A stretch of DNA of 64,000 nucleotides. Origin: Trichodelitschia bisporula (taxonomy: Eukaryota). Position numbers and translations under genes: made by a program. The stretch's first letter is position 1, and each line of letters starts with the position of its first letter. Positions 35,943-49,737 of this stretch are shown here, one piece after another. The stretch lies in the NCBI GenBank assembly GCA_010356995.1, contig ML996692.1:1127933-1191932 (forward strand), given 5' to 3'. The notes under the pieces were generated by a model. That model had not been told where the DNA came from and ran no database searches. It was given only the letters and a program-made list of their open reading frames with translations.

Positions 35943-38900
35943 ATGTCAAACGCTTCACGACACTCCCGCGGCATGTCCGCCGTGGACAACCTGCGCCAGG
36001 AGAGTCGCTTGAGGAGAGAAGGCTCATACTCTCGGAGGAAACCCGTCACCAGCGAAGATGCATACTACTACGCTCTCCGCGCGGCATATCTCTATCACCT
36101 ACTACAACCTCGCGCAAAGCGCATCAAGCATGTCACCAACCCGAAGCCGGTCCAGAAGACGACCGGGGCCATGGACCTTGTCCAGTCGTTCACCGGCCTG
36201 CGGGACTCTTCGAAGAGCACCAAGCTTCCCCGTGGGTTCATGAACGCGCTGGAGAAGCGCATCACATCCATCATGTACGGGAAAGAGAAGCTGCCTGAGT
36301 TCCACGACCCGGCCATTGTCCGCACCTTGGCCTCCTTTCTAAACGAATTCAAGAACCCCGCCTTCCGTAAAAACGTCGAGGAGGACCGTAGGGTGGAAGA
36401 TCTTATACTCAAGGTGTACACATGCGCGGTCAAGGAGCTGCAGAAAGGAAAGACGCCGGATGATGATGGTTGGAAGCTCATGGTGGATCGGCACGTGGCC
36501 CTGTTCCTTCGGCTTCTGAGCGCCATCTTGAAGGCGAATGACTGGGACAGGCCCGAGCTCGCGGCTCGCCTTCAGATGATGGAGAAGAAGATGCTTATCC
36601 ACGACCAGGACTTGACCGCCCGGTCAACCCTCAACGGCGGCGCAGGAGGCCATTCTGTTGAAGTCGAGGTTCCTATGAGTACCGAAGTCAAGGACATGCC
36701 GCTGGTACTGGTCGTCTCTCGGGTGTTTAGCATACCCTACGGGAAAGTCCAAGAGGACATCAACCAAAACAAGGCGACATGGGATGAGAAGGCTGCGCTA
36801 CGGGACCTTAAGACGTACCAGACCTGTATTAGCATGAACGCAAAGCAAACTCTCAGCAGCGAAGACTTCGACACGGAGGAGGCCTACGAGGCCTGGAAGA
36901 AGGCCGAAATCCCAGAGGTCGCTCAAATGATCCTGAGCATGGTTCAGACACACCGGTCGCTCGCGAGCAACAGCAAGGAGATTCCCGTAGCACAGTTCAG
37001 GAATCAGACCTCACACGACCCAGGCTATTCCGACATATCGAGGAAGATGTCGAACCAGACGGATAGCAGCGGCTACGCCTTCGATCAACCGGTCGATATG
37101 AGCGCACTTAGCTTGAATGACTCGGGCCCGGTCGATAATGTTTCCTTCACCTTCATCCCACCGGAACCGAGGGCATATTTCCGGGCCGTTCTCAAGGAGG
37201 TCCTGATGTATGATATCCTCAATCAGGACCCGCCGGCTGAAGGCGCCGAAGCGTCTGCCACTGGCCTTTTCTCTAAACAGTCTACGGAGCTGCTTAATGA
37301 GCTTGCTCTCAGATGGCGCCTGCCTCAATCATCAAAGCTCATCCTGTTTCTTGATGTTGTCAAAGAGTTGTTCCAGCACCGGCAAATTGATCTTGAAGCG
37401 TTAGATGCCGCCTTCCTCTATTTCAAGGAGACGCATCATGATAAGAAAGCCAACAGGAGAAGCATGATTCTGCATGATACGTTGTCTGACTGGAGAAAGT
37501 GGTCTTTGGCTGACTATGCCATGTACCAGAACGTCCTGAATGCTGTACACGAGTGCCTGCAGCGTGATCTCTATGAGGCCATGCAAGCCTGTTATGACAC
37601 CAAGTGGCCGGCGATTGGGTCGCTGATGTACGTGTTGGAGAATCACGTCTACGGAGACGAGCTTTTTGCCAAGGGGCCCGAGGACTTAGACGAGTTTTCT
37701 AACAAGTTGGAGGAGAGTCTGAAAGTGAAGGCGGCAGAGACGTATCGGGATCTCTTGAAGAAGACCATTCCTGAGACGGCTGAGGAATGGGAATTCTATC
37801 ACGTCATTCAGCTGGGGAAGGCTGTCGTAAAGCTGTGTGACCGGATCCAAAAGCGCTTCAAGAAGACGCCTGCCGTCATGGGAGTGAATCCGCTGATGAT
37901 TCTTGTTGGAGAGGTGCTGCCGTCTTATGCTGGGGATGCGAGGGAACTTGTTGAGCGCATAATGGCAGTGACGAAGCAGAAGGGTGAAGAGATTCCGCTT
38001 CAAGATGGCTTTGACCTCTACAAGGAGCTTGTTGAGATCCGTCAGGTCCATGCCGACGTCTTGCCAGAGTAAGTCGATACCTATCTCTCGTACTTCGCTA
38101 ACGATACAGCATCCCGTTCGCGTTCAAGATTGAACAGCATCTTCAAGAGTTTGTTTGGCGCTGGATTAGTATGACCGAGTCAAGCATCACTGGATGGGTA
38201 GAAGGCGCGGTCAAGCAGGACAACTTCGAGATCACTCCGAACAACGACGATCAGCGGCACAGCGTCTCGGTCGTAGACATCTTCCGTTCGTTCAATGAGT
38301 GCATCGAGCAGGTTGCTCAGCTCAACTGGGACGACGATCTCCAGTACGCAAAGTTCATGACAGCTATGGCAAAGGCAGTCGGCCTCGGAATCGCCAAATA
38401 TTGTGATCTCGTGGAGCAAATCTTCGCAAAGGAGATGGACCGTCTGACGCCAGAGCAGGAGGCGGAGAGGCAGCAGTCGCGTCAAGAGCGCTGGATGCAG
38501 CTTGCAAAGGACGCGTGGGCCAACAAAGAGCGCGTCGAGCCGTTCCAGTTCTTGCCGGAGTCTCTCATTAAGCTCAACAACATTGAGTATGCGACATTGC
38601 AGCTGGACAAGTTGGAGGCAGAAATGAACGTCGACGCTTGTGCCGAGGTGATCCAGAAGAATGCACCGCCTCTGCAGCAGCGGCAGCGGCGCGTGGAGAA
38701 CTACGTTTTTACGATTAAGATCATAGAAGGTGAGGACCTCAAGCCGTGCGATATCAACGGCCTCAGCGACCCTTACGTCGTGCTGGGAGACGAGTACCAG
38801 AAGCGGTTGGCTAAAACCCGCGTCATCTACCGTAACCTGAACCCGCGTTGGGACGAGAGCGTCGACATTACCACGACTGGGCCGCTGAACATCATTGCCA

Positions 38901-40180
38901 CCATTTGGGATTGGGATGCCATGGGTGATCATGACTGTGTGGGCCGCACGTCGTTGAAGCTCGATCCGTCGCACTTCCGTGACTTCTTGCCCCGCGAGTA
39001 TTGGCTCGACTTGGACACGCAGGGGAGGTTGTTGTTGAGGGTTAGCATGGAGGGCGAGCGCGACGATATCCAGTTCTACTTTGGCAAGGCATTCCGGACG
39101 CTGAAGCGCACTGAGCGCGACATGACGCGCAAGGTCACGGACAAGGTATGTGCCACTTCGCTGGCGTCACTTTTGGAACTAATATCCCAGCTCTCCGCGT
39201 ACATCAGCCACTCCCTCTCGCGCCAGCGCTTGCGAAGCATGCTGTCAAAGGGCATATCGATCCAGTCCGTCACGAGCGCCATCAGCTACTTCCAGCGGAA
39301 TCGCGTGTCTACCCTCCTCCCCACCAGCACGGCCCCGACGCAGCTTGACATCACCAACGCTCTGAAGCCTCTGTTCAACTACTTCGATGACAACTTCGCC
39401 ATCATGAAGCAGACTCTGACAGACTCGGCTATGATCATGGTCATGTCCCGGCTTTGGAAGGAAGTCCTCTCGACCATCGAGTCCCTCCTCGTGCCCCCCC
39501 TCTCCGACAAACCATCCATGCAACAGCCCCTAACCCAGCAGGAACTCGACATCGTTTTCAAATGGCTCGAGGTAACGCCCCACCCCCATCCCTACCCTTC
39601 TCGTAAAACACATCTAACCCCCCCATCCTAGCTCCTCTTCGACTTCTTCCACGCCGTCGACGAAGAAACCGGCACCCCCCACGGCGTCCCCATCGACATC
39701 CTCAAAAACTCCAAATACCACGAACTCCAAAACCTAAACTTCTTCTACTTCGAGCCAACCGAGGACCTCATCCGCACGAGCGAGTCCATGGCCGCCGCCG
39801 CCGCCGCCCGCGCCTCCGACGCCCAAATCCGGCAACCTAATCGTCTCTCCGCGCCCCCCGCCATGCAAAGCCCCGCCTTCGGCGGCGCGGCCGGCTTACT
39901 CGGCACTCCGACGCGGAGGAGCAAGAGCATCATGCTCTCCCGCAACTTGGGCACTATGCGTAAGGCGAAGGAGGAGAAGCGCAAAGCCGCCCAGGCGGAG
40001 CCAAACGACGACATCATCCTGCGCATTCTGCGCATGCGCCCGGAAGCCGAGCGCTACCTGCGCGACAGGAGCAGGCAGAAGGAGCGGTTGGCGGCGACGG
40101 CGGCGGCGGCGATGATCGTGCGGCAGAGCATGAATAAGGGGGGCGGCGGGCGGATGGTAGGGGTTTTGCCGTCGCGCTGA
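35943..40180 (+). CDS. Munc13/UNC-13-like protein (MHD1-C2-MHD2; Ync13/YOR296W-type)
   Basis: HSVSVVDIFRSFN (MHD1), C2 domain FTIKIIEGEDLKPCDINGLSDPYVVL...NPRWDE...WDWD, MHD2-like LKPLFNYFDDNF; introns at ~38069-38109, 39146-39190 and 39572-39631. Confidence 0.85.
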
Positions 40181-41123
40181 GTATGGTTTGGGGGGGGGGG
40201 GAGGTTACGAGTACCTACGCGCTGAATTTGGGGCGGAGGCGTTCCATATGGGATATCTTTGTTCTTTGTTGATTTGTTGGGCGTGTGGGCGGGCGTGCGT
40301 GTGTTCGTCTAGGTGTTTGAGGGCCGGGGGGGGGGCGGATATAGGAATGGAGTACGTCTTTGATGATCACTTTCTCGTATGCCGACCGCCGTGGATAAGT
40401 GAATCGGTTCGCGGCCCGAATGCGCCTTGCCTATGACACGTCCAGGTATCAGACTCGCAACACCAGCGGCGCACGAGCGTCGCAGGCTCCATCACACAAA
40501 CACGCCAATCTTCCAAAAAGAAAGGATCATATCATAGCGTTCTATAGTCTGTGATTCATAACTCTTCCAGACAGCATCGTAGCTAGCAAATGGTATCCCA
40601 TGTCTTCCCTTCCACCCCGCCGCTCCATCTCGACCCAGACGCACACACATTCTCAATGGAAGCGACACCCATAATTTCGCCCAAAAAGCCCCGCAGGGCA
40701 ATCGCAATCTCGTGGTATCAAATCAAGCTAAGCAATCCGCACAATTCCCATTCCGGAAAACGGATCACCGCCTCTTCCGCACACCCCCCATCCGCCGACG
40801 CAGAGAGGAGAAGAGGCCAGCCCGTCCGGGGAATAATGAGCAAAAGAGACAAATTGCACCATTTTTGCGCCGAGGTATACTGAAAGAGAGCATGATAAAC
40901 GGGGACATCAGACATGAATGGCAGAAGAAGAAAAAACGAGAAACCGCAATGCCAGAACATCGCAGAGTGAAAAAAAAACGACCAGACTCTCTGCGCCTCG
41001 TAGCTTTTGAAACGACAATCCCGCAAAAACCGAAAAAGCATATTCGCAAATGGGGGTATTTCTTTCGTTGGCCTGAATAAGCATGTGATGAAAAACCGTG
41101 AATCCATGTTTTTGTCTTTCGTT

Positions 41124-44100
41124 CTAACGCAAGTGCCCAATGGGGCCGGGGTATCCTGGTGAATAAGAATGAGAAGTGCTAGGCCGTCCGCTGTCGACTG
41201 ACGCGCGGGGATCATATTTGGAAGTGGGCGTGGTGTCGCCCGGAACAAGGGGAATTGTGGGCATGAAAGAATAGGTGCTTCCTAGCGACGGAGGGTGTGT
41301 CGACCACGTGCCGTTGATGTGGTGCTTGACATCCTCCTCGGGGAGATTTATGCCGCTGTCGTTCCAGGGGTTGCGGTAGCCGCTGCCCTGGGACTCAAGG
41401 CTCGCAAGCGAGGCCTTGGACGCATTGCTGGAAGCATGCTTGAAAAGCGAGCCAGGCGAGTTGGTGCCATTCTTATGGCGGTCAATGAGCGACGAGATGC
41501 TGCCGGGCTTGCGAATCTTGGAAAAGAAGCCGGCTTGCTCACCGTCGACATCACCGAACTGGGAGCGGGTCGGAGAATCGGTGTTGATTGGCGGCTCAGT
41601 GCGCTGCAAGAGCTTGGAATCGAAGAACGGTAGGGCCTCCTCGAACGTGTCTGATTTGGGACGCGGAATGACACCCTTTACACCCGAGTTGACGTCCAGA
41701 CCCTTGGTGACGAGTTGCTCGATGAGCCAGTCAATCGCATCTTTGAGCGCACCGGCATTGTTGCGAGTGTAGTTGAGGATCAGGCATTCCGAGTTCGCAG
41801 CGTCCTCGGGAGCGCGGAAGTCTTGACTGAGTCGAACATCGATGCAGTACCGAGTGTGGAGAGTCTCGATCACTTCCGTATGGAACTGCGGCGAGCGCAG
41901 GTACACCTTGAGCTCGGGGGAGGCGGTGAAGACTATCTCGTGGAACTGCGGTACCATCCCCTAGAAAGTCAGCAACATGTAAAGAAGAATGCAATGAGTG
42001 AAGTTACCAGGAGCGCGTCGACGGCATTGGGGACGCGATACTCGGGACCCGAGACGGTAACCGAGTTCTTGGCCTCCTCTGGGTTCGAGAAGCAGACCTT
42101 AACACCGTGCTTCTTCTCCAGGCTATGGATCTCGGGCATCCTAGCGATCATATCGCGCTGCAGTAGACGAGGGATTTCCACCACCTCAGAGATGTGCTCA
42201 GCATCTTCCTGGTCAATCATAGACATGATCTCTTGCTTGACGAACTCGAGGCTTCCGGCATTGCGCGTGGGCGTCCGGCAAATGACATTATCTACCTTCA
42301 TGTCATCCTCATCTCGACCATGAGCGCCACGGTCCATGGCGTTGGAAAACTTGACAAACACAGAGTGTTTCTTCATAATCCGCTGGATGTGCTGACCGCC
42401 AATTCCGATGATGCGCTTGTGATACTGATCCGGCACGTGGAACGACAGCGACGCCGGCATCTCCTGCTCAATTAGCTCCAAGCCTTGTTTGGTTGCTTCA
42501 TACGCTCCGCCTTTGATGTTGATGTAGAAATTGTACTCGTTGAAGCTTTCGAACATGACCTGGACGTTTGAAAGCGTCATGATTTTGTTGATCTTGCCGT
42601 TCTTCTTCCCGCTGACGAATTCCTTGTGCTCATTGGCCAACTCCACCTTGACAGAGATGCTGGTGGACATCTGACCAAACTCAGTGTGATCGATGACACA
42701 CATCGCAAGCTTCACGGCATCATCGGAGCCGAAAATGTGAAACGTGCTGGCCTCGAACATGATTTCAGCACCGGAATTGATGCAGATATCCGCGAGACCG
42801 GCAAAATGGCCTTCGCTCTGAGCAGCCAATTCGGAGTGAGAGGGGGCAATCCATCTGGCGCTATAAAATTGCGTTGCCTACTAGGTTAGTTTCGATGGAG
42901 ACAAAAGGAGCAGGCTTACCAATGCCATGACATCGCGTATAGTTCGCTCGACGTTGAGAACGTCGGACCCTTGGACACACATGCCACCTTCCGGAGAGCC
43001 GAGGGGTTGAAGATGTACATATGTGCCATTGGCCTCCATGATCCGGCGGACCTTGTCAAGCCGACCCAGGCGGATGTCATCCAGCTTCGATTGGTTTATC
43101 GAGACATCCTTGCCGAATGTCTTAATGCCAGCGGCGAGATTCCGAAGCCTCATCATCGCATTTTGGATGCTGTTCTCGTCCTTGCCCGTAACAATGATTT
43201 CATCTTCGGGTCGTCGGCGCCCGCCTTGTGGAACGTACTCGTATATGCGCGGGAAGGCAGGTGGCAGGTAAATCGTGCAGTCTGTTCCAGACTCGATCGC
43301 AGTGATGTTCTTGCGTCCGCGCCCGCAGATGGCGGTATGCAGGGGAAGCTTGATTTGCAAAATGTTGGCACGGTAGCCCCGCTGGTAAAGTCAGATGGCA
43401 CCTTAGATGAAAATTTGATGGCGGCTCACAAGATTGTCAACCATAATCAACAACCGAATCCGCGCATGCTCCTCAGTAAGCATGTCTCCGTAGACCACAA
43501 CACGAAGCCGGCTTTCGTTGCTGCTGGTGATGCTGCCATTGATGCTGGCATCGTCGTCGAGTAATTTTGGCTTGAGAACAAATATGTCCGCTTGAGTGAC
43601 CTGGGCAATGTCGTCCAGCTTCCTCAAGAAGCTCGGTGACAGGCCTTTGCTGCCGTCCGGAAGGGTTTCGCACACAAGGTGCTCGTCGATATCGATGGTG
43701 GTGCAGCGCTATCAAAGAGAAAAGTCAGTCCTAGAGTGAAATGGGGAGGGGAGGAGGTTGCAGTATATGCAACATACCATTGAGATAGGGATGTTGTTGA
43801 GCAGAAACGCACGCGCTTGAGCAACAGTATCCTTCGGCCCGCGAAGGCAGACATTGGTGACACTGGCTTTGGAACGCGACGCCGTGGTGTCCACTGGCAG
43901 CGGAAACCCAGTCCTGATGTAGAACTTCACACCTCCGTTGGTTCGCTGTGCTATTTCCCCACAAAGAGCCTCCAGATGACGCCGGTTAATGACATGGACG
44001 GGCAGCTCGTGGACGGGGAGATTCTCGGAGCCTTCCGGGAAGCACCATCGTACGGAGGCATTGGGGGTGGCGTATTGGATCTCCTCGTTCTTGGGACCAG

Positions 44101-44317
44101 CCAAGTCTGTGTTGAAGGGTATATTGAAGGAAAGGGATATAGGAGTGTTGGGGTGGAGAGCAAATTCGTTTGCTGCTGTCGGGCCTCGCTTGAGCGCTTG
44201 AGGGTGGTGGAGATCGTTGCTGGCTGAACGTGGTCCTGCAAATGGGAGCGGGGGACCTCTCGTCATCCTGTCCCACCCACTTCGGGCGGAGCTTGCGATG
44301 CCCGAAACGGTCTGCAT
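41124..44317 (-). CDS. Multi-KH-domain RNA-binding protein (Mug60-like)
   Basis: KH GxxG loops ICGRGRKNI, VSGKKNGKINKI, IIGIGGQHIQRI; four GT-AG introns join ORFs 43712-, 43403-, 42881-, 41969- and 41124- in frame. Confidence 0.85.
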
Positions 44318-44360
44318 TGTGTGCGATGTGGGGTAGGAGATAGCGAGGGAGGGGGAGGGG

Positions 44361-44485
44361 NNNNNNNNNNNNNNNNNNNNNNNNNNNNNNNNNNNNNNNN
44401 NNNNNNNNNNNNNNNNNNNNNNNNNNNNNNNNNNNNNNNNNNNNNNNNNNNNNNNNNNNNNNNNNNNNNNNNNNNNNNNNNNNNN
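44361..44485. other. Assembly gap (125 N) within a GA-rich tract upstream of the KH gene start
   Basis: Run of N flanked by gagggg on both sides. Confidence 0.99.
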
Positions 44486-45848
44486 GAGGGGACGTGGGTC
44501 GAGTGCAGGGAGGTCGAGGTTGTGATGTGAGGCTGCTTTGCTGAGGTGAGCGATGGATGGGAGGCGTGGGCGCAGCCAAGTGCTGAGACAAGATATCAGG
44601 GCCGAAGAATTGCCGAAGTTGGCGGAGGCTGTGCAACCGGCTCCTGTCAAGACACCGGAAGAGGTTCCGTACTACTATTATTTGAACAGAGCAGTACGTA
44701 TGTCGCGTCTCTTACAGGAGAAACAGTGTGAGAGAGAATGAGCACTGCTACAAGCCTTGATAGAGCCGTTGAGGGTGGACTGCAAGACAGCTCTCGGAGA
44801 GCGTAAACGTGGCAGAACAGGAAAGTCCGTCGACGAGTGACGTCCCTTCTGAGATCACAGTATTCAGGGAGGAAGCTGTTGGAGGCTGAGGCTAGCGGGA
44901 CCTGAGGCTGAAAAGCTGATGACGCGCAGGTACTGTAACCACCCACATCAGCACTGGGGAAGAAGTGTTTGAAGTAGAGGGGAAAAGCTAAGGGTTAAAT
45001 GCAAGGGAGACTGCCAGAACCAGGCACTTTGCCTTCCTTCATAGAGGCAAACAGGTAATGGGCAGAGGGCCCAGAGTCCATCCAGGGAGCGGTCAATCGA
45101 CAAGACTACGGTACTGTTCACCACAAGAGGACCAGAGTTGGGTCAATTAACTCGTCATTTTGGCAATCAATAACCCGAGCAACATCGTCTCTGCTGCCTC
45201 TGCCACCCTTACCAGCCGTGATCCAGCACCTTTATTTCCTCAGTTCCTCAGCATTCCAAGTTCATCGAGACCCCCCAAAATGTGTGCAAATGATGCTGAC
45301 GCACCCTCTCAATCGTCAGCCCGCCAACATGCAGCTCAAAGGTACGGTAGCGGGTGGAGCTTAAGGCACAGGTGGATCTAGCTTGCCCAGGGTTCCGTGA
45401 TCTGTCCGCAAAAAGCTCTCTTAGCGTCGACTCCAGATCGTGCTGATCGGGCTTCGGAAACCATGTCTCCGCACCCGAGACTCTTGTCCGTTAGTCACTT
45501 GATCCATGGCTTCCGCAATCAACTGTCATATTCACTCGAGACCAACTCTTGTATGAAACACGTGATGGACATTTCAAAGCCAGGCTACCCTTCGCTCATT
45601 CAAGCTGGCCCACTATCGACGGGAAGATCCGTGCTCGAGAAATAGTCCGAGAACCGTCATCCTGCCTCGAGCTACCCAATGATCCCAACGCTTTTCATGG
45701 ATAACCACAAAGCCAGGCATCGAGGAGCGTCGCTAACAACGCACCCCAAAAGGAACTTGCCACCATTTCGGCAACAACCATGTTATTCCAACGCCAGAAA
45801 TGCCCAGTTTCCATGCAAAAAACGCTGCAAAGACCAAAGTCGGGCGGT

Positions 45849-48215
45849 TCAGTACCGCTCGACTAGACCCGAGGTCCTCCGCCGGGTGTCGCCATACGTG
45901 TAGACCTGGGGCGGCGGTGGCATGTTGTCCCTAGGGATTGCAGTACCGGCGCGAGCCACGCGACCGGCCACATCGTGACGCGCAAAGGCATCTGGATGCA
46001 CGCTGTAGGCGCGCGAGTACGTACGAGACGGAGCTTGCTCATGGCGCGGGGGGGGCGGGAGGGGGAGCCTGCCTTCGGCGAGCGGAACCCGACTCTCCAC
46101 ATAAGCATCGCGATGAGCGTACTCGGGGGGTACGTATTCCTGGCGCTGAGTAAGGTGATCCTCATGGCGAGGATCGAACTGCTCACGGCGCGGAGGGTAG
46201 TCCTCGGCGACATGGATGCGGGGTGGCGGCATTTCACGATAGTGATCGTCTTCGTACACACTGACCACTCTCGTGGCAGGGCGCATCGCAGGCTCCCTCA
46301 TGCTCGGCTCCCGCATGGACACCTCTCTCATGATCGAATCCCTCGCAGGCACACGCTCGTAATAGGCATCAGGTGCGACTGATGCTGCGATGCGTCTGGG
46401 ATGTGCGTAGTACTCATTGCCGTACATGTCGTACACCACAGTGCGCGGAGGCAGCAATGCAGGGGGTTCCGGTGAATAGGCTCCCCTGCGGGCTTGCGGT
46501 GACGGAGAACGTACAGCTCTGACAATCCTAGAGTCAGCATCGCCTTGGACAGGTACTTCTCGATAGATAGATTCCCTCATGCTAGGGCGATCCAGGTAGG
46601 CAACCGGGGCGTGCTCAGCGAGACGCGTCTCTACGACATATGAACGACGAGGGGAGACGGGCTGGCGTCCGTACGGAATGGTTACGACTCGTCTCAAGTC
46701 ATTATCGTCTCTGTCTACCCTGCGATAGCGGACTGGAGAGTGTACGGAATAACTGTCGACTTCCTCAACATACCTACTCCGCGGACGAGCCAGACGATCC
46801 GGGCGGTCCACAGAAGCGTTGCGACCGGTAGGAAAGTAAGTGACGCCGTTCAGGGGTGAAAGGGGTTCTTGCTTGATTTCTGGAGAGTTTGCCTGCGGGA
46901 GGGGACTCGGAGACTTGAGTTTGGCCTTCTTTTCGTGATGCTTGTTGCGCGGCGGATCCCCCCGCTTACGCTTTTTCTCGAAGGACTCATGGCCAGCACC
47001 GCCACCATAGCGCATCTTCGGTTGGTACCAAGAATTGCGCGGGTGCTGGGAGCTTGAGCTGGATGCGTTTCCCTGCGTGTGCGACTGTGAGATGGGCGAA
47101 TTGGCGCTCTCATATCCACCGCTGTTCACCAGCTGGCCCACACGGCCAATGTTGCTGTAAGCAAGGGGGGATATGCGGATCGGCTGGGGGGCGGCAGGCG
47201 TGGGAATGTGGTTCGGCACAACCTGTACCGGGGGGGGAATATCGCCCGTCTCCGCGAGCTGCCGCGAATCTGTTTTGTCAGCGATGGGCCCGCAAAGCCG
47301 TGGACCATGCGTTCCGCTGCACTTACACTCGGCGGGAGCTTCGAATGAATAGGGCGCCGGAGGCTCGTAGTCGGATTCCTCATCTGCCTCCAAGTCGACC
47401 ACCTGCTTGCTGGCTGCGTTGGCTAGACCAGTACCGTTCAATATCTTCCCACCAAGGTCTTTGTGAGCTGTGCCATTGTGCGCAGGAAGCGCCATGTTAG
47501 CTTGCCCGTGCTCGTGGCTGGAGCTTGAAATCCAGCTATCGGCCTTTGACGAATAGTACGAATCCCAATCAGAGTGGTAGGGAGAGTCGTGCGGCGGGGT
47601 TGGAAAGCCGGAAGCGAAGGGAACAGCTTCCGAGGCTTTTGCGAGTACGTCCACCACGCTGCCGTGCGTGAGAGCATGGTTGCTGCAATCGGGTGTACCA
47701 CCTGTCTCAGTTGCCAACTTATCTTCGATACGCTGACGCTTCAACTTGCATTCAGCTTTGACGAGCTCGCGAGACTTTTCGAGGAGCACAGGCTCTATCG
47801 CGGGTACCGGCTTGGGAGGCAGCTGGTGATGTTGCGGAGGGGGAACCGTAGGGTGGCCGTCAGGCTGTCGAAACGTGAACTGCGGCATCTGGAAAGCAGG
47901 AGCTGCGCCGGAGAGCTTCTTGGGCATCGGCTTCGTAGGCAGCGGCTTCTGTAAAGGCACGCCTTGCTGGCTCACGGTGTTGTCATAAGCACGCGCGTTG
48001 GTTAGTTTGACGTCCACATCTGATGGCTGAAGAGTTTCGGCTGATGCGGGTTGTTGCGCTTCGACTCGTGCGCGTCGATTGGTGTCGGCTTTCGAAAGTG
48101 AGACTTCGACTTGACTCTTCAGCTTGAAGATCGACGCGTAGAGCTCTGCGAGGTTGGCTGGAGTTGTGCCATCCTCTCTCCCAGCGGGCTGTACCGTGGT
48201 CATGTCTGTAGCCAT
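45849..48215 (-). CDS. Hypothetical, largely disordered protein with a short coiled-coil and a basic NLS-like patch
   Basis: 788-aa ORF; LLEKSRELVKAECKLKRQRIE, KKRKR, IKQEP; probable in-frame 57-nt intron 47270-47326 (GTAAGT...GCTGAC...CAG). Confidence 0.75.
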   Translation of the reverse strand: MATDMTTVQPAGREDGTTPANLAELYASIFKLKSQVEVSLSKADTNRRARVEAQQPASAETLQPSDVDVKLTNARAYDNTVSQQGVPLQKPLPTKPMPKKLSGAAPAFQMPQFTFRQPDGHPTVPPPQHHQLPPKPVPAIEPVLLEKSRELVKAECKLKRQRIEDKLATETGGTPDCSNHALTHGSVVDVLAKASEAVPFASGFPTPPHDSPYHSDWDSYYSSKADSWISSSSHEHGQANMALPAHNGTAHKDLGGKILNGTGLANAASKQVVDLEADEESDYEPPAPYSFEAPAECKCSGTHGPRLCGPIADKTDSRQLAETGDIPPPVQVVPNHIPTPAAPQPIRISPLAYSNIGRVGQLVNSGGYESANSPISQSHTQGNASSSSSQHPRNSWYQPKMRYGGGAGHESFEKKRKRGDPPRNKHHEKKAKLKSPSPLPQANSPEIKQEPLSPLNGVTYFPTGRNASVDRPDRLARPRSRYVEEVDSYSVHSPVRYRRVDRDDNDLRRVVTIPYGRQPVSPRRSYVVETRLAEHAPVAYLDRPSMRESIYREVPVQGDADSRIVRAVRSPSPQARRGAYSPEPPALLPPRTVVYDMYGNEYYAHPRRIAASVAPDAYYERVPARDSIMREVSMREPSMREPAMRPATRVVSVYEDDHYREMPPPRIHVAEDYPPRREQFDPRHEDHLTQRQEYVPPEYAHRDAYVESRVPLAEGRLPLPPPPRHEQAPSRTYSRAYSVHPDAFARHDVAGRVARAGTAIPRDNMPPPPQVYTYGDTRRRTSGLVERY

Positions 48216-48475
48216 GAATAAAACCCCGCTTCCGTTGTACTAGACGCGTGGTTGTTGGTTGCGCGCCGAAACGCGACAGCGGAGATGGTGACCCACTGGA
48301 TGGAATAACGGTTGATCGGAGCTGAACGTGTCCGAAGGAATGGATCTGGCTACTCATAGGGTCGCGTGGAATCCCTGGAGTTGGGGTGCGAGTGGCTCGC
48401 TATTGTGGGCTACGAATTGTTGTCGTGGAGATGGTTGAGGTCTTCGGGGAAGATGCACAGGAGATTTCGTGGCCC

Positions 48476-48517
48476 GTGCGTTATCCAGCGTGCGCTATCC
48501 AGCGTGCGCCAGCAGCG
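48476..48517. repeat. 14-bp tandem repeat (about 3 copies) in a divergent promoter
   Basis: gtgcgttatccagc / gtgcgctatccagc / gtgcgccagcagc. Confidence 0.75.
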
Positions 48518-48814
48518 TCCATGGCCGCCCGAAATGTCATTGCCGGGTCTATCCGGAAACATCCCAAGGAAACGTAACCATGACTTCTTCGGATGTCCCT
48601 TGGCCCTCGGTCACAGTGGTCCGTGCCCGAACCTTTCCGTTTTCGGCTATTCTGGTCAACTTCAAGATAGACGTCAGAGTGCTGGAACTAATGAGAGTTA
48701 TCTTTGAAGAAGCACAATCTTTCTTCGATTCTAGGCAGGTCTTCAACGGTCTTCCCAGCGGCTTTACTGGTAGCAAGGTGGATATCAAGCACGAAAGTCG
48801 ACCAGTCATCAAAT

Positions 48815-49737
48815 ATGGCTTCGAATCGGCCTGTCCTGTTTGTGGATATTGACAACTGCGTACGTTTTTCGAGCGCATCATGAACGCATGTCGGCTGAAC
48901 TGGGTATAGCTGTATCCGAAAAGTATGAAGGCTACCCTTTTGCCCCTCATGGTATTCTAAATAGCACAAGGTACACGAATTCTCCACATGATGCAACGTA
49001 ACATTGGTGATGCCCACTGTCCGATATGAATCGTGCGGCACTGATAGAGCTTCTAGAGAAATACTTTGAGACTCATCTTGAACTGCCACTGGAAGATGCA
49101 AAGGCGCTACATCGTAAATACTATACACAGTACGGTCTTGCACTCGAAGGTCTTGTGCGGCATCACACAGTGGACCCACTGGACTTCAATGCAAAAGTCG
49201 ACGACGCATTGCCCCTGGAAGATGTTTTGAAGCCTGATCCGAAGCTCCGGGAACTTCTGGAGGACGCTGACAAGACTAAAGTCAGATTGTGGCTGTTTAC
49301 CAACGCATACGTCAATCATGGGAAGCGTGTGGTGAGACTGCTTGGGGTTGATGATTTATTCGAGGGCATCACCTTTTGCGACTACGGAGCAAGTGAGTTC
49401 ATCGCGAAGCCGCGTCCTGCCATGTATGAAAAAGCCATGCGGGAGGCAGGCGTGAACTCTGTCCAGGATTGTTACTTTGTGGGTAAAGCGACCCATTGCC
49501 CTTCAGGGCGAGACAGCATTCTGATCACACACAGACGACTCGCATCTGAACGCCAAGAAGGCTGCCGAGTTTGGCTGGACAGCGGTGCATTTAGTTGAGG
49601 CTTCCGACCCTTTGCCTGCTGAACAGGCTGCGCAGCATCAAATCAGGGGGCTTGAAGAACTACGCGATGTTTTCCCCCAGTTCTTCAAAACAACCGGGTC
49701 AGCGGGCAGCACTGGCAATCCAGTAAAAGACAGTTAG
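48815..49737 (+). CDS. SDT1: HAD-family pyrimidine 5'-nucleotidase (Sdt1/Phm8-like)
   Basis: MASNRPVLFVDIDNC|LYPK (motif I split by a 13-nt microexon), YGLALEGL, VDDALPLE, WLFTNAY, AKP, YFV|DDS. Confidence 0.9.
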
